From: the human T2T-CHM13v2.0 reference genome, Homo sapiens
Assembly (NCBI RefSeq): GCF_009914755.1
Contig: NC_060925.1
Strand: one strand, 5' to 3'
DNA: 64,000 nucleotides
Made by a program: the position numbers and the translations under genes. A model generated the notes under the pieces. It did no database searches. It saw nothing but the letters and a program-made list of their open reading frames with translations, and was not told the DNA's origin. Shown here piece after piece: positions 43,921 to 58,621 of this stretch; within the stretch, counting starts at the first letter, position 1, and each line of letters starts with the position of its first letter.

Positions 43921-46525
43921 TAAAAAATAAAGAAAACTTCAGGCCAATATCCTTGATGAACACTGATGCTAAATTCTTCAACAAAATACTGGCAAACCAA
44001 ATTCAGAAGTGCATCAAGAAGTTAATTCACCATGACCAAGTAGGCTTTATCCCTGGGGTGCAAGGTTGTTTCAACATATGTAAATCAATAAATGTGATTC
44101 ATCACATAAACAGAACTAAAGATAAAAACCACATGATTATCTCAATAGATGCAGAAAAGGTCTTTGATAAAATTCTACTTCCCTTTATGTTTAAAACTCT
44201 CAATAAACTAGGTATTGAAGGAACACAGCTCAAAATAATAAGATCCATATATGACAAACCCACAGCCAATATCATACTGAAAGGGCAAAAGCTGACAGCA
44301 TTCCCCTTGAAAACCAGCACAAGTCAAGGATGCCCCCTCTCACCACTCCTATTCAACATGGTACTGGAATACCCGGCCAGAGCAATTAGGCAAGAGAAAG
44401 AAATACTGGGCACCCAGATGGGAAGAGAGGAAGTGAAACTATCACTGTTTGCAGATGACATGATTCTATATCTAGAAAACCTCATAGTCTTGCCCCAAAA
44501 GTTCCTTCAGCTGATAAACATCTTCTGCAAAGTTTTGGAATACAAAATTAATGCACAAAAATCACAAGCATTCCTACACACCAACAACAGCCAAGCCAAG
44601 AGCCATATCAGGAAGGCAATCCCATTCACAATTGTCACAAAAAGAATAAAATACCTAGGAATAGCTAACCATGGACGTGAAAGATCGCTACAATGAGGAT
44701 TATAAAACACTGCTCAAATAAATCAGAGATGACACAAACAAACGGGAAAACATTCCATGCTCGTGGACAGGAGGAATCAATGTTATTAAAATGACCAAGT
44801 GCCCAAAACAACGTACAGATTCTTTTTTTTTTTTTGTATTTTTAGTAGAGATGCGGTTTCACCATGTTAGCCAGGATGGTCTCGATCTGCTGACCTCGTG
44901 ATCCACCTGCCTAGGCCTCCCAAAGTGCTGGGATTACAGGTGTGAGCCACTGCGCCCAGCCACAATGTACAGATTCAATGCTATTCCTATTAAATTATCA
45001 ATGATATTCTTCACAGAACTAGAGAAAACTATTTCAAAGTTCATATGGAACTGAAAAAGAGCCCAATTAGCCAAGGCAATCCTAAGCAAAAAGAACAAAG
45101 CTGGAAGCATCAAGTTACCTGACTCTAAACTATACTACAGGGGCTACAGTAACCAAAACAGCATGGTACTGGTACAAAAACAGACACACAGACCAATAAA
45201 ATGGAATATAAGCCCAGAAATAAGGCTGCACACCTACAACCAACTAATCATCAACAAAGCTGACAAAAACAAGCAATGGGGAAAAGACTCCCTGTTCGAT
45301 AAATGATGCTGAGATAAATGGCTAGCCATATGCAGAAGATTAAAATTGGACCCCTTCCTTACCATATACAAAAATCAACTTAAGATGGATTGAAGACTTA
45401 AATGTAAAACTCTATAAAAACGCTGGATGACAACCTAGACAACACCATTCTAGATACAGGAATGGGCAAAGATTTCATGACGAAGCTTCCAAAAGCAATT
45501 GCAACAAAAGCAAGAACTGTCAAATGGGAACTAATTAAACTTAAGAGCTTCTGCACAGAAAAAGAGAATGTCAACAGAGTAAACAGAAAACCTACAGAAT
45601 GGGAGAAAATATTTGCAAACTATGTATCGAACAAAGATCTAATATCCTGAATCAATAAGGAACTTAAACAAATTACAAGAAAGAAGTAACAACCCCTTAA
45701 TAAGTGGGCAAAATACATGAACAAACACTTCACAAAAGAAGACACACATGTGGCCAACAAGTATATGAAAACAAAGCTCAATATTTCTGATCATTAGATA
45801 AATGCAAATCAAAACCACATTGAGAAACCATCTCACATCAGTCAGAATGACTACTATTAAAAAGTTAAAAAAAAAATAGCAGACACTGGCCAAGTTGCAG
45901 AGAAAAGAGAACACTTATACACTGTTGGTGTGAGTGTCAGTTAGTTTAACCATTGTGGAAAGCAATGTGGAAATTCTTCAAAGGGCTTAAAAAAGAACTA
46001 CCATTCAACCCAGCAATCCCATTACTGGGTTTATACCCAAAAGAATATAAATTATTCTACCTACCATAAAGATACGTGTCCACATAAGGTATGTTCATTA
46101 CAACACTATTTACAATAGCAAAGTCATTAAATCAACCTAAATGCCCATCAATGGCAGATTAGATAAAGAAAATATGGTACATATACACCATGGAATACTA
46201 TGTAGCCATAACAAAGAATGAGATCATGTCCTGTGCAGGAACATGGATGGAGCTGGAGGCCGTTATCTTTAGAAAACTAAACACTGCATGTTCTCACTCA
46301 TAAGTGGGAGCTAAAGAATGAGAACACAGGAACACAAAGAAGGGAATAGACACACTGGGACCTACTGAGAGTGAGGGGTGGGAGAAAACAGATAATCAGA
46401 AAAAATAACTATTGGGTACTAGGACTAGTACCTGTGTGACAAAATAATCTGTAAAAGGGGCCCCCATGACATGAGTTTACCTATATGACAAACCTGCACA
46501 TGTACTAAAATAAAAGTTTTAAAAA
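43921..46525 (+). mobile_element. LINE-1, 5'-truncated, L1PA15/16-like (RT domain to 3'UTR)
   Basis: RT motifs RPISL, GFIPG, SIDAEK, QGCPLSP, FADD and KYLG. Stops and frameshifts follow downstream. Old-PA 3'UTR aaaaataactattgggtactagg. Confidence 0.93.
44823..44961 (-). mobile_element. AluY-like left monomer only, nested in L1
   Basis: Minus strand reads gatcacgaggtcagcagatcgagaccatcctggctaac. 15-bp TSD acaacgtacagattc / acaatgtacagattc at 44808-44822 and 44962-44976. Confidence 0.93.
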
Positions 46526-48274
46526 CATTAACATGAAAAAAGTAACACTGTACAGTAAAGCTTAGGTGTCATACAAATGGGAAAAATTAACTTTTCTTTT
46601 AAGATTTCCTTAAGACAACTAATGGTTTATCTTTACCTTCCCTTCAGCCCTTGGCAGCTGACCGACACAGCTACCTATTCCTTCCACACTTCCCCTTCTC
46701 TTAATTCAGAGGTATAAATGCTTTTATGTGCCAGAAATTATATTTTATGTTATGAGTTCTCCAGACATAAGCAAGAATTGCCAAACTTGCCAGATGGCCC
46801 TATACTTATATTTCAAAGTTTAAAAAAGCAGAATTTAATGCAGATACAGGAATATTATCAAAGTACCATATTATTTGAGCATTTTGGAAAATATTTTTAT
46901 TTTATTTTCAATAGTTTGTATTACCACTAATGTTGTTAATCACTTCAGAGAGTATATTAATGCTAAATTCAGAAATAGGAATTTTTTTTATAGCCAAAGT
47001 TTAGATTTATAAAAAATATGAGATTCTGCTTTAGAAGAGATTCTTCATGAATAGATTTATATTTCAGTTTTCCTGGTGGGAAATCTTGTTCTTTCAAAGC
47101 CTTTCAGAAGATATCCCATTAAAAGTGTACATTTTTCAAAAGTTTTAGTGTAGTTTAAAATTATTTTGGACATAGGAAGAGCACAATATATACTTCCATG
47201 GAATAGCTACCTCATATTCATATACTCTCTCGATTTTATTTAGTGTGCTGGCATTAGATTTAAAAATTAAAGCACATATCACTCCTTTTCCTGAAAGTTA
47301 CCACTTCTTGACACTGTACAATTCTTGGACATAATTACTTTGAGTCTCTAGAGTAAGATCAGTAAGCAACTAATGAAAAATTCCTGGTAGAGGCAGACAG
47401 AATGAGAAAATGACTATATAACTGAGATCAAATTATATCCACAGGGAGTAGGATGCTTTCTATATTCTACAAAAGTCTACAGCAAAAATGCACTAACGTG
47501 GATGAATTGTGTGAAGAGTCATTTTGAATTGGTGAAAAGACTGAATTACAGATTATTGGGAAAGAAATGCATTTTTTTCAGGTACATCCAATGGGAAGAA
47601 TTGCTAACAAACATTCATTTAAAACAGCATATTCATTGTTGATTTTCATGTGAGTTTTGATAGCGTACTTGAAAGCTGTTAATTATCTTAAGTAGGTTAA
47701 ACAATTTCTTGAAATGTGTTTATATTAATAATTCACTTAGTAAAGTAGGGCTTTTTGTCTGATAGCATAAAGGTATATTATAGCCTAGAAAGAGTAAAGA
47801 GCCTGCATTTTAAAGTAGTTATTTCTAAAATTCACAAGTTTGTAGCTCTTTATTACCAATCTTGGGAAAACTTCTAGACCTTTCTTTCAGAGGTCAACTA
47901 CTCTCATTTAATAGTCATAAGTACATTATTTTTAATAAAATAACATATCCTGATGGAGTAATGTTTTCTAGTTTGGATGACAGATTTCTATAGTGGATGA
48001 TAAACCTAAAGTTTTTATTCCAGTCATATATTCACAGATTCTAATTATAAATCTGAGGAACTCTAAGAACATAAAATCTTTTTTTAAGCGTGATATTCTC
48101 CAAACAAGTTAAGCTTTTCTTAGGGAAATCAGAATATTATGAGGCTTTCTAGCTCTGTGATCCAAGTAACAATCTTCTCCACAATGTGTAACAGGCTATC
48201 ATACTCAGCTGTCAAATGCCTTCCAGAAAGCAAGATATGCCTTGCTGGCAGCAGCTCTTCACTCTATTGAGGGA

Positions 48275-48460
48275 TGTAGAATGGTTTGGAATTTGGGCTT
48301 TCATTTCCTGTTGTCTGGGTTCAAATCTCAGCTGAGCCACTTGTTTTATCATCAGTTAAAGCACAGGTATCAGGAAGACCTACTTCACAGATTGCTCTGA
48401 GGGTTAAATGAGGTAACTGAAGTAAAGCCCACTGCAAGGTATTAATATTTAGTAAGAGTT
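48275..48460 (+). mobile_element. MIR SINE
   Basis: ctgggttcaaatctcagct...acctacttcacagattgctctgagggttaaatgag. Confidence 0.65.
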
Positions 48461-48774
48461 GGGTGAAAATTGTTATCCATTGCCTGGAAACATATTAAAA
48501 GAGGACAGTATGTTCATCTGGTATGAGTTATTCTCATTGAATTTTCATTCTCCCTATCCCTATTCACATACATTGCTTTAGACAAATCTTGCTTCCAGAG
48601 GAACACTGCTACTTTTCCTTATTTAGATTTTTTTAACCAATGAGTTTAGATATATTCTAGATGACCAAATTGAACTTTAATATTCAGAAATTTTCAGAAT
48701 TCACATTTTCACCCTTTGATAAAAATGAATTTAACGTGATTAGGCACTACACCTGACTATGCTTGCTCATATAG

Positions 48775-49101
<327 letters not shown>

Positions 49102-49477
49102 AGTGATTCTGTTTTGCTCAAGAAGAATAATCAAACTGATGATTCTTCTTGGTGAAATATTAATAGTTCTACCTACTTTGTGTTACCTATAAACATTTTA
49201 CAGTTTTACATTTACTTCTCTATGGAATGGTCTAATCATTACCATTTTCTTCAGAGTGTTCTAAAAAGTCAATATTTACCGATGATATCAGTAATCCATA
49301 ATGTATTCTTTTCTTTCCAACTCCAAATGTTTACAAATTGGCATTCTCTTTACATTTTGTCTTAGAAGGAGCATTTCTTTCCAAGGCGAAATACTTGAGA
49401 GAAAATGCCCTTAGTAGGAAGATGTGCTTCCAGATGCCTATGATAATTGATTAGATTTTTTTGATATATTGGGTTAA

Positions 49478-49575
49478 TTTTTATTTTATTTTATTTTATT
49501 TTATTTTATTTGTTATGGAGTTTTGCTCTTGTTGCCCAGGGTGGAGTGCAATGGTGCGATCTCAGCTCACTGCAA
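49478..49575 (-). mobile_element. Alu 3' fragment (Sq/Sp-type end) with (TTTTA)n tail
   Basis: Only about 60 nt of the right-monomer end remain, plus a pentamer tail. No TSD seen. Confidence 0.85.
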
Positions 49576-50565
49576 AAATACTTCCACACTTTCCTCTTTT
49601 AATAGACTCTACTAGCAACCTGTCACATTTAATCACTACTGAACTAGCCATGTTGTTTTAATCTGCATTCTATACATATTTAGCATAATAAATGAAAACT
49701 TCAAAAATCCTCCCTGTTGATGACTGGTAGTGTAACTCTTGCTGTATGCACACTTATGCTCTGCCTTGGATTGTTGACATTCTATGCTCATGACACTGGA
49801 ATCACTCAGAAACATCCTTGGAGCTCTCCATCTCCACCTGCATCCCTTCTACTGCCTCATCTCACTTCACCCCAACCATGGTATTTATACCTTGTGACAC
49901 TCAATAAATAACTAAGGAATAGATAAATATTTAGATCATTATCCTGGGAATTCTTCTTTGGTGCAAGAGTATGAGGCTAGGTATCCTCTAGGGAACTTCC
50001 AGGGAGAAATATGCAGGCATACATACAGAAAATATATTAGCATCACAAAGGCAGGGGAAATAACCCACATACAGATCTAGAATACTTTCAGATGGCCCTC
50101 ATAAGTTTTCTCTTGGTCCTCTGCAGAACTGCATACATTACAATGCTTGAGTAAGGACTGTATGAATGGAAACTTCACCTGCAGTTGTGATGAGGACACT
50201 CTAAGGTCCTTGGCAGGTATATCTAGGGTTTTCCTTGCTATTAAGTGTAAATCAGTCATTGCCTGGTACCCTGGACAGTAATAAGAATTATAAGCCAATT
50301 GAAGGTTGCTTACCACAGGGGAATCTGAAGCCCATTCGAGTACTCAGTTACTGCCTAGATAGCTGATTTTATATGAAATTGACACGACTGAAGAGACACA
50401 GAAGGCAATGTTCACATCAACAGTTTGCTGGGCATGCAGCCAGGCAACCATACACATCTACATAGGCAATGCAGCTGATGAAGGGAAGGCCCAAAGCTGG
50501 GGAGAACAAGGCAATTTGCAGGGATCTATGCAGACCTCAGGATCAGGTTTCTCCCCATTCCCTGA

Positions 50566-50922
<357 letters not shown>

Positions 50923-51439
50923 TATCTTAAATACTTTCAAAGACATAATCAACAGACTAGAAAAACTAGTTTAATTAAGGCATTGGTAGGGAAAATATAT
51001 GCATGTAAATAAATACATGGAGTCATAACCCAAGTTGGATTTGTTGTAGAAAAGCTAAAAGTCAAGTAATATAACATACATGGGCAGAATAGAAGGAGGA
51101 AGAGTTGGACCTGTGATCTTTGCCAATAAACGGAAGGTCCATGGTAAGGATCAGCCCACGATGGCAATGTGGCTTGATGCCAATGATGAAAGGTTGAGGA
51201 AAGAAGGTGGCATGCCTGCAAAAGCAATAATTTATCCTAAGTTCACTGAATACAGGTGAGTAAGTATTGTATTATTTCTACTACAACTGACTGCCACAGG
51301 TCACTGGGAAAGAGGTAAAACGTTCAACAATCTTGCCCACAGATTAGCAAAATCTTAATCTGCTCTCTGCCAACTCAGAATCAAATCCCAAGCATTAAAA
51401 ACAATGATTCTCTCTGGACAGGATAACAAGTAGAGGTGG

Positions 51440-51645
51440 TAGAATGTAGTAGGCAAGTGCGGAGGTTTTGTGAGCACACAGACCAGGACCAGAATGCTGC
51501 CTCTGCTCTTTCCAGCATGGGACCTAGGACAACTTCCTAATCCCTCCAAGCCTTCCTTTTCTCAACAGGATAGAGAATAATAATTCATACCTTACATAAA
51601 TCATTGTAAGATTAAAGTAGATAACACAAAAAGCCCTCAAAATGT
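51440..51645 (+). mobile_element. MIR SINE
   Basis: gacctaggacaacttcctaatccctccaagcct...aataataattcataccttaca...tgtaagattaaa. Confidence 0.65.
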
Positions 51646-52974
51646 TAAATAACAACCATTGAAGGTTTTTAATTTGTATTGTCATTATCATGATTATCAA
51701 TTCTACTTTTCCTTGGGCAAATAACCTTGTACTCATAAACTGATTCTAACAGTTGTGTCTGTTTTATAGGATGAACACATACATCATTGCATGGAAAAAG
51801 CAGAACTTAGCCTGGCTGTGCATTTCATGGGTGCAGTTTATAGGCATCACCTGCAACTAGAATAGCAATATTAATTGTAATGCTAACATATGGAAAGATA
51901 AAGATAAAGGTGTAAGATAAAGCTCACTAAAACAAAGGGATCTTGATGTGGAAATGTTAGTATTTAGACAAAGTATAAGGACGCAAATGAGCAAAAAGAA
52001 TTTTTGTGTTTACGACCATGATACAAACAGTTAAGAAATCCAGGTGAAAGTGGGTTTTCCATCCCACAGAATTTGAACCGCCCTCATTGTCACAACTGTA
52101 GGCATCGGTGATGGTGTTATCTTTCTTCGTAGGCTCTCTGGTCTCTAGCCAGTGGGGAGAAGGAGATTTCGATTTTATAAACTCCAGGACACATACATTA
52201 ATGAGTAAAAAATGCTTCATAAGCTGATCAACAGTATTTTTTGTCATCCTTCAAGTAATAAAATACTTAAAACTCATATTAGGTTCTGACGAGCCCAAAA
52301 ATGCTAAGAGGAGGGAAAGACATGATTTGATACAAAGTATAGATCTGATTTCTGTGTATGGGAATTCATATGAATTTGTTTTTATTGCACTGATTTTGAT
52401 AACCTGCCATAAAACTTTTGTTAATGCTAAGAAGAAAGACATAGCTAATGCTATAAATTCACTTAGATATCTCTGCCTTCCATATTTTGGTATCAAATTA
52501 AATTTATCACTTCATTATCCCTTCCTGGCAGTTGGAAGTTGTAGACTTTAATGGAAGGTGCCAGGGTTGCTAATAGAATCTTCTCGTCACAGATGAAGGA
52601 AATGTAAAAGCGAAACTCACAAAGATTTGATAGGATTTATGCTAAATGACAACGACACCCAAAAGCACAAACTAAGAATGAAGCCTGTGCCCTATCGGGA
52701 GAAGGAATTAATTATCCAACAGATTTGTAACTCTTTCTCTACTATAAATAAAAATGTAGCAATTTTCACAAATGATCATTTAGCCAGAGCCAGCCATTGC
52801 CTATAGAATGGAATTAATGAGGACATTTACATAAACCTTACAGTGTTTTCATCCCTCAAGACTCAGTTCATCTGTTGCCTCCCAACTGCTCCTGATGCCC
52901 TAGGTTGAGATGGACACTTGTTTCCTTCTAATTCCATAACTCCGATAGCATAATAGCAGTTATGTTGAGGAGTG

Positions 52975-53090
52975 GTAATTGAATGGTTACGGGCACAATG
53001 TTTGTAATAAACAGAATTGGGTTTGCGTCCGGCTTCCACTAATAAATATCTAAACCTCTTTAACCTCAGTTTTCACCTTTGTAAAATGAG
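52975..53090 (+). mobile_element. MIR SINE 5'/core, interrupted by RY tract
   Basis: taaacctctttaacctcagttttcacctttgtaaaatgag. Confidence 0.65.
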
Positions 53091-53388
53091 TATATATACA
53101 CATATGTACGTATATATGTACACATGTATACATATATATGTGTATATATGTGTACATATATACACATATACGCGCACACATATATGTACATATATGCACA
53201 CATATGTACATATATATGCACACATATATGTACACATATGTACACATATATGCACACATATATACACATATATGTGTATATATGCACACATATATGTACA
53301 TATATACATATATGTGTGTATATACGTACATATATGTGTGTATATACGTACGTACATATATGTGTGTATATACGTACATATATATGTA
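53090..53388. repeat. Complex alternating purine/pyrimidine repeat (TA/CA/TG/CG)
   Basis: 299 nt of strict R/Y alternation, including three copies of catatatgtgtgtatatacgta. Confidence 0.97.
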
Positions 53389-54699
53389 AAATGAGTATAT
53401 ATATACACACATAATGTGTATATATATACACGCATATATAAAATACACACACAAAAGGTATATACAATTATGTGAAGTATTTAGAGTTTATTACTATTTT
53501 TTTTTTTACAATTGATCATCAATGATAAAGAGTTTATCTTATTAATCACTCAATCTCAATTAACTACTGCAGTGCCTGGCATGGAATACTCAATATATGT
53601 TAAATGCATAGATGTTTATTTAAATGATTAAAATCCAAACACTAAAGTTTCTGAGGCAGGGATATGTAAAATAAATTCTAATTAGTACCAAAAATCAAAA
53701 TCTGTCAGAATTATGTGAGTTCAGAAAAGATGTGCGATACTTGTTTCCAGTCACAATTTTCTAGGAGAGGCATCCTAGATAATAGGAAGTACAAAGGCAG
53801 AAATCCTGAATGCAAAAATAGCAGAATGAAAGTACAGTTTTGACTCTTTTCCAATTTGCAATACTAATGCCCTACAAAATGCACAAAGTGTACCCAGAGT
53901 GAATGGAAATTCAACCTCAAGTGTTTTGTCTTCAGTTCTATAAATGTTATAATTTTATTATCCATTAATAATAATGCTATTACAAGACAAAATGTCAATG
54001 CATATATTAAAACACTAGAAATGTATTTGATTTAAAGTTTCCAGACAAATTTCCCACTGGGTTTGTTTGTATAAGGGTAGGTAGGACGTTAGGGCAAAAG
54101 AGTCCAGCCCTGCATGTAATATCCTATCGGCAATCAATTTAAGGTTCTGTTCTGGAAGCTTTGGCCTCAGGCAAGGCCAGCTTTTGTTAACGGAGGCTGC
54201 AGGCACTGGCTGATCCTACAAAGCAAAGCACATGGAAGGCCTACCAAAAGACCTAATCAAATTTTCCATCTTTAAGAAGCAGCTTCTCCTTTGAGTTGTG
54301 ACACCACATCCACTACCTACTCCACTCCTCAAGGAGCAGATGTGCCCCTTCTCTGTTTCTAAGTCCTAGCCAGCCTCCCTGATGTGAAAGGCCGGAAGTC
54401 TTCCAACTCCACACCCAGCTGCTGGCAAGTTGGCAGAGTGAAATGCATTTGTTTATGCCCCTAGCCATTCATTTTCTTTAAGCTGGTTTCCAGCCAAGAT
54501 TTTTATCTAGGTACCAGCTATTCTTTTCCAGTGGTTAACTTCATAAGGTTTTTAGTTCCCAAAGGCTACCTGATTAAAAGTAATTTGGGCATAAAAAATG
54601 TCTTTAGTATTTCTTATATGATATATCTTATTTTGTCATAGAAATATTACCAAATGCTTATCCTATAGTTTCTTTCAGAGTGAGTTTGCATTTCTTAAA

Positions 54700-55220
54700 A
54701 AAATTAACAATGTATTTATAATATGTAGGATTTATAATATACACACATTTTAAGTATACAGTTACACTTTAGACAAATATACACATTCACAAAACTACCA
54801 CCCCAGTTGAGATATAGGATAAAAATATTACTGGAGAAAATTTCTGTCTTGATTTCAAATAATATGGATTTGTTACTCCCATTTTAAACTCCACATAAAT
54901 GAAATCATTTGGTAACTGCTCTTTTGTGTCTGGTTTCTTTTCCTTACATGTTTGTGAGATTCAATTACCTCAAAACCTTATGGATATGTGCTTTCATTTC
55001 TCCTGGAAAGATACCTAGAAGTAGAATTGTTGGGTCTTACAAGAAATTGCTGGAGAGTTTTCCAAAGTAGTTGTACCATTTTATATACTCATTAGCAATG
55101 TATGAATTTTCAAGCTGCTCAATATCTTTGCCAACATTTATGTTTTCAGTATTTTGAACATTAGCTATTCTAGGGGGTGTGAAGTAATATCTCATTGTAG
55201 TGTTCTACTGTACTTTCTAA
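54700..55220 (-). mobile_element. Ancient L1M (L1ME-like) 3' relic
   Basis: atacctagaagtagaattgttgggtc...ttttccaaagtagttgtaccatttta...tatctcattgtag. Confidence 0.75.
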
Positions 55221-56589
55221 TCTCACCTAAGCATTTTTCTCTCTTTTACCTAGGTTGTCAGTTCTTGTTCAGTGCTTTCCTTTATGTAAGAGAATACTAT
55301 TCCCAATCAAAGGACAGACTACCAAAATTATGGTGATGTGCAAGGTCACCTGTGTGATGACATATAAGTTGATTATGACAACAGATGCATCTGCCAAAAC
55401 ATTTCCTTGATCTCCTCCTGTAAGCTTCCTTTGGGTTTCTCAGGAGGGGCAGAATGATTCACTATCAACATAGTATCACAGATAGACTTATCAGAATCTT
55501 GGTGAATTCATTCAACAGAAGTCTTCTCCATTTTGGTGCCAAAGCGATAAAGGAAGAATAAGGGCAAGGGAGTGGGTCTAGAGAATGTCTGTTTCTCAAC
55601 TATACCTTATTTCCCTTATTCAACTGCCACGTTCTATAAGCCTTAGCTCCTACCTAAACCACCTAATGCATACCTCTTAGTCCAAAAAATCATCCTTGAA
55701 GCTCATTAGAATCAAGTGCATCTCTTATTAATTGATTCAAAAGTGGGAAAAACCATTTCATATAATTTAGGCTACATAAAATTTTTAAATACAGTGCAAA
55801 TCAATTGAACTGTCCTTTCGTGTTGCATCTTTCAACAGCTGAATATTCTATATGGCATTTCACAGAAATAAGATTTGATTTGAGAACATCTGCAGCAGTC
55901 TGGAACACATTTTCCCCTGTACTTGACTTTTAGCTCATTATAGCTCTCAGATGTTCTCTCGGCAATCCTGTGACATATTGGAGTGTTACTGAACAAACAT
56001 CAGTGAAGCCTATGTCTTGAGTAGTGTCAATCTCAGTTGAAAATGTTTCAGCTTTCTTAGCATCAACACTAGAAGAATTTAATTAACCCACTGAAACTTT
56101 CAAAGTGGTAGTTAATGCATGGAAGAAATGAGAAATCAGAAAAGTGGGGGGAGAGTGGATAAGTGCTTAACCTCCCACAAGCTGATGCCTGCCATCATCA
56201 GCCTCTGCTTAGGCAGGCCATGAGAAGCCTTGCTGCTCTGTGTAGCCTCCTGCATTCTGCCATGAAATCTCTGGCTTGCTCTATTGCCCCTATGGAGATG
56301 GAGAAGGTGTGGAGGTGGCAACTACTGCTGTCATGCTCCCCTGGTCGCCACACAAGGTCAGCTTCCAGGCTCTAATCAGCTCTCATCCAGATGCTCTCAT
56401 GTTTTTAGTAGGTGGGGCTGGGAGACCAAGGTCAGAAAAGAGCTGTCGGGAGTGACACGGTTTTTTGCCCACTGCTGCTATTACATTAAGGAAGCAGCTG
56501 GTGAGATAATGTATGCCAAAGTGCTTTCTAAATTATAAAGTGCTTATATAATTGTCAGGGATAATCACTACTGTTGTTTTATTCTGAGG

Positions 56590-56807
56590 TTGCAGAAAAA
56601 GCACTGAACTGGGATGTTGGGTATCAAAGTCCACCAGAAAGCTGAATATAGGAATGTGTAGGGTCCACAGGGAGGTCTTTGGTGAGAGTACAGATTTGGA
56701 AGATAACAATAAAGAGAGGAATATTGGCTTCAGGGGTCAAATGACCATACAACAATATGAGAGCCAGAGATGGAACAAGGGAATACCAGTATTCAAGGGA
56801 CAAAAAA

Positions 56808-56857
<50 letters not shown>

Positions 56858-57480
56858 GGGGGGTGTCCTAAAAGATTAACTCTAAGAAGTTTCTCTTCAC
56901 ACACAGAAATATTGTTTATCTCCAGGCCTTTGCCACGCTTTATGCCTTATCCTAGAGTATTTTTCCCACTCCTACTAGACTTTGTTTCAGGTTATCTAGG
57001 AAAACATTCTGAAACTCATCCCCTGTTGTCTGTGTATATCTCTATAATTGCAATTATCACACTATATTATTAATAACTGTTTAAGTGTTCAATTTCCACA
57101 CAGTCTGTGATCCTTTTAAGGGCACAATTATATTACTGTTAATGTTTGCATCTATAATGACCAGCAAATACTAGGTACGAACGGTTGTTTCCTTGAAAGA
57201 AATAATAGAGAAATATGAGAAAAATGTGTTTAAAAGTCAAAGAATACATTTCAAGTATGAAGGAGTAGTCAGTTGTTGAATGTCACACAGATTTTGCAAA
57301 ATAAAGACTGGGAAGTATCTACTGGATTGAGTGATCAGTAGTAAATAACTCAACTTTAGTGAGAGCATGTTTAGTGATTTTGGAGGTTGCCAGTGGGTAG
57401 AAATCTAACCTTGAGTAGCTGAAGACAGAAAAGCAAGTAAGAAACGAAGGGCAGTGAGTACGGATGACATTTTCTAGAAC
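56590..57480 (-). mobile_element. L2 relic with a plus-strand L2 piece (~56920-57195) inside
   Basis: Antisense L2 text (ataaagactgggaagtatctactggattgagtgatc) flanks a sense L2 tail. Confidence 0.45.
56809..56855. repeat. (TG)23 microsatellite
   Basis: Perfect run. Confidence 0.99.
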
Positions 57481-57728
57481 CTGAACTGTGAAGGGATAAA
57501 GAAATTCAGACCATTCTTTCTTTCTTTTTTTTTTTTTTTGACATTCCTATAAGATATATATATCCTAACTTTTTGGATCAGGAAATAGGGGCTAAGAGAA
57601 AGTATGTATATTGTCCAAGGCTTACTGCTTACAAGACAGAAACCATGAGTAAGGTGCACACTCTTCTTGGTTCCACAGTTGGAGGAGGCCAATTGCTGGA
57701 TATCCTCCTAACTTATTTAAAGTCAGGC

Positions 57729-58061
57729 TGTCTTAGTCTGTTCAGGCTGCTATAATAAAATACCATAAACTTGGTGGCTTATAAACAACATACATTTATT
57801 TCTCACCATTCTGGACGCTGGGAAGTTCAAGATTGAGACGCTGGGAGATTTGGTATCTGGGGGTGGCCTGCTTCCATACAGATGGCAACTTCTCACTGTA
57901 TCTTCACATGGTGGAAGGGGCAAGGGATCTCTCTGGGGTCCCTTTTATAAGGACGCTAATTTTATTGCCTTCCAAAGGCCCCACCTCCTAATAGCATCAC
58001 CTTGGCAGTTAAGATTTTAACATATGAATTTTGAAGGGACACAAACATTCAGACCATAGCA
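57729..58061 (-). mobile_element. MaLR solo LTR, MLT1A0-like
   Basis: Ends tgtcttagtctgttcaggctgctata ... aacattcagaccatagca. TSD caggc/taggc. Confidence 0.9.
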
Positions 58062-58251
58062 TAGGCACAATGGGGAAATAAACATCTTAGCTGTATGTTA
58101 TGGAAAGAAAGGCTATGTGGTAGCCTGGAGCACTCTGACAGGAGAGGTCAGACTACTAGTGGAGTGATATAATGGGAAACTGCACTACAGCACTAGCTAC
58201 TTGCAGATGGGAAGGAGTGCAGAAAAGGAAGTGAAGAACACAAAAAATGAG

Positions 58252-58621
58252 TGTATTAGTCCATTCTCAGACTGCTATAAAGACATAACAGAGACTGGGT
58301 AATTTACAAAAGAGGTTTAGTTGACTCACAATTCTGCACTGCTGAGGAGGGCTCAGGAAACTTACAATCGTGGCAAAAGGCGAGAGGGAAGCAAAGGCAT
58401 ACCTTACATGGTGGCAGGCAAGAGATGAGTGAAGAGGGAAGAGCCCCTTATGAAACTATCAGATCTCGTGAGAACTCACTCATTCTCATGAGGACAGCAC
58501 AGAGGAAACTGCCCCCATGATCCAGTCACCTCTCACCAGGTTCCACCCTTGACACATAGGGATTTTGGGGATTACAATTCAAGATGAGATTTGGGTGGGG
58601 GCACAAAATCTAACCATATAA
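58252..58621 (-). mobile_element. MaLR solo LTR, THE1D/MSTA-like
   Basis: tgtattagtccattctc...ggattacaattcaagatgagatttgggtgggg...aaccatat. TSD atgag/atgaa. Confidence 0.92.

Noticed and set aside
53017-53467. Six overlapping ORFs on both strands (Y/I/H/T/C/V/M-rich)
   Set aside because: Strict R/Y alternation cannot contain TAA, TAG or TGA, so the frames are open by composition.
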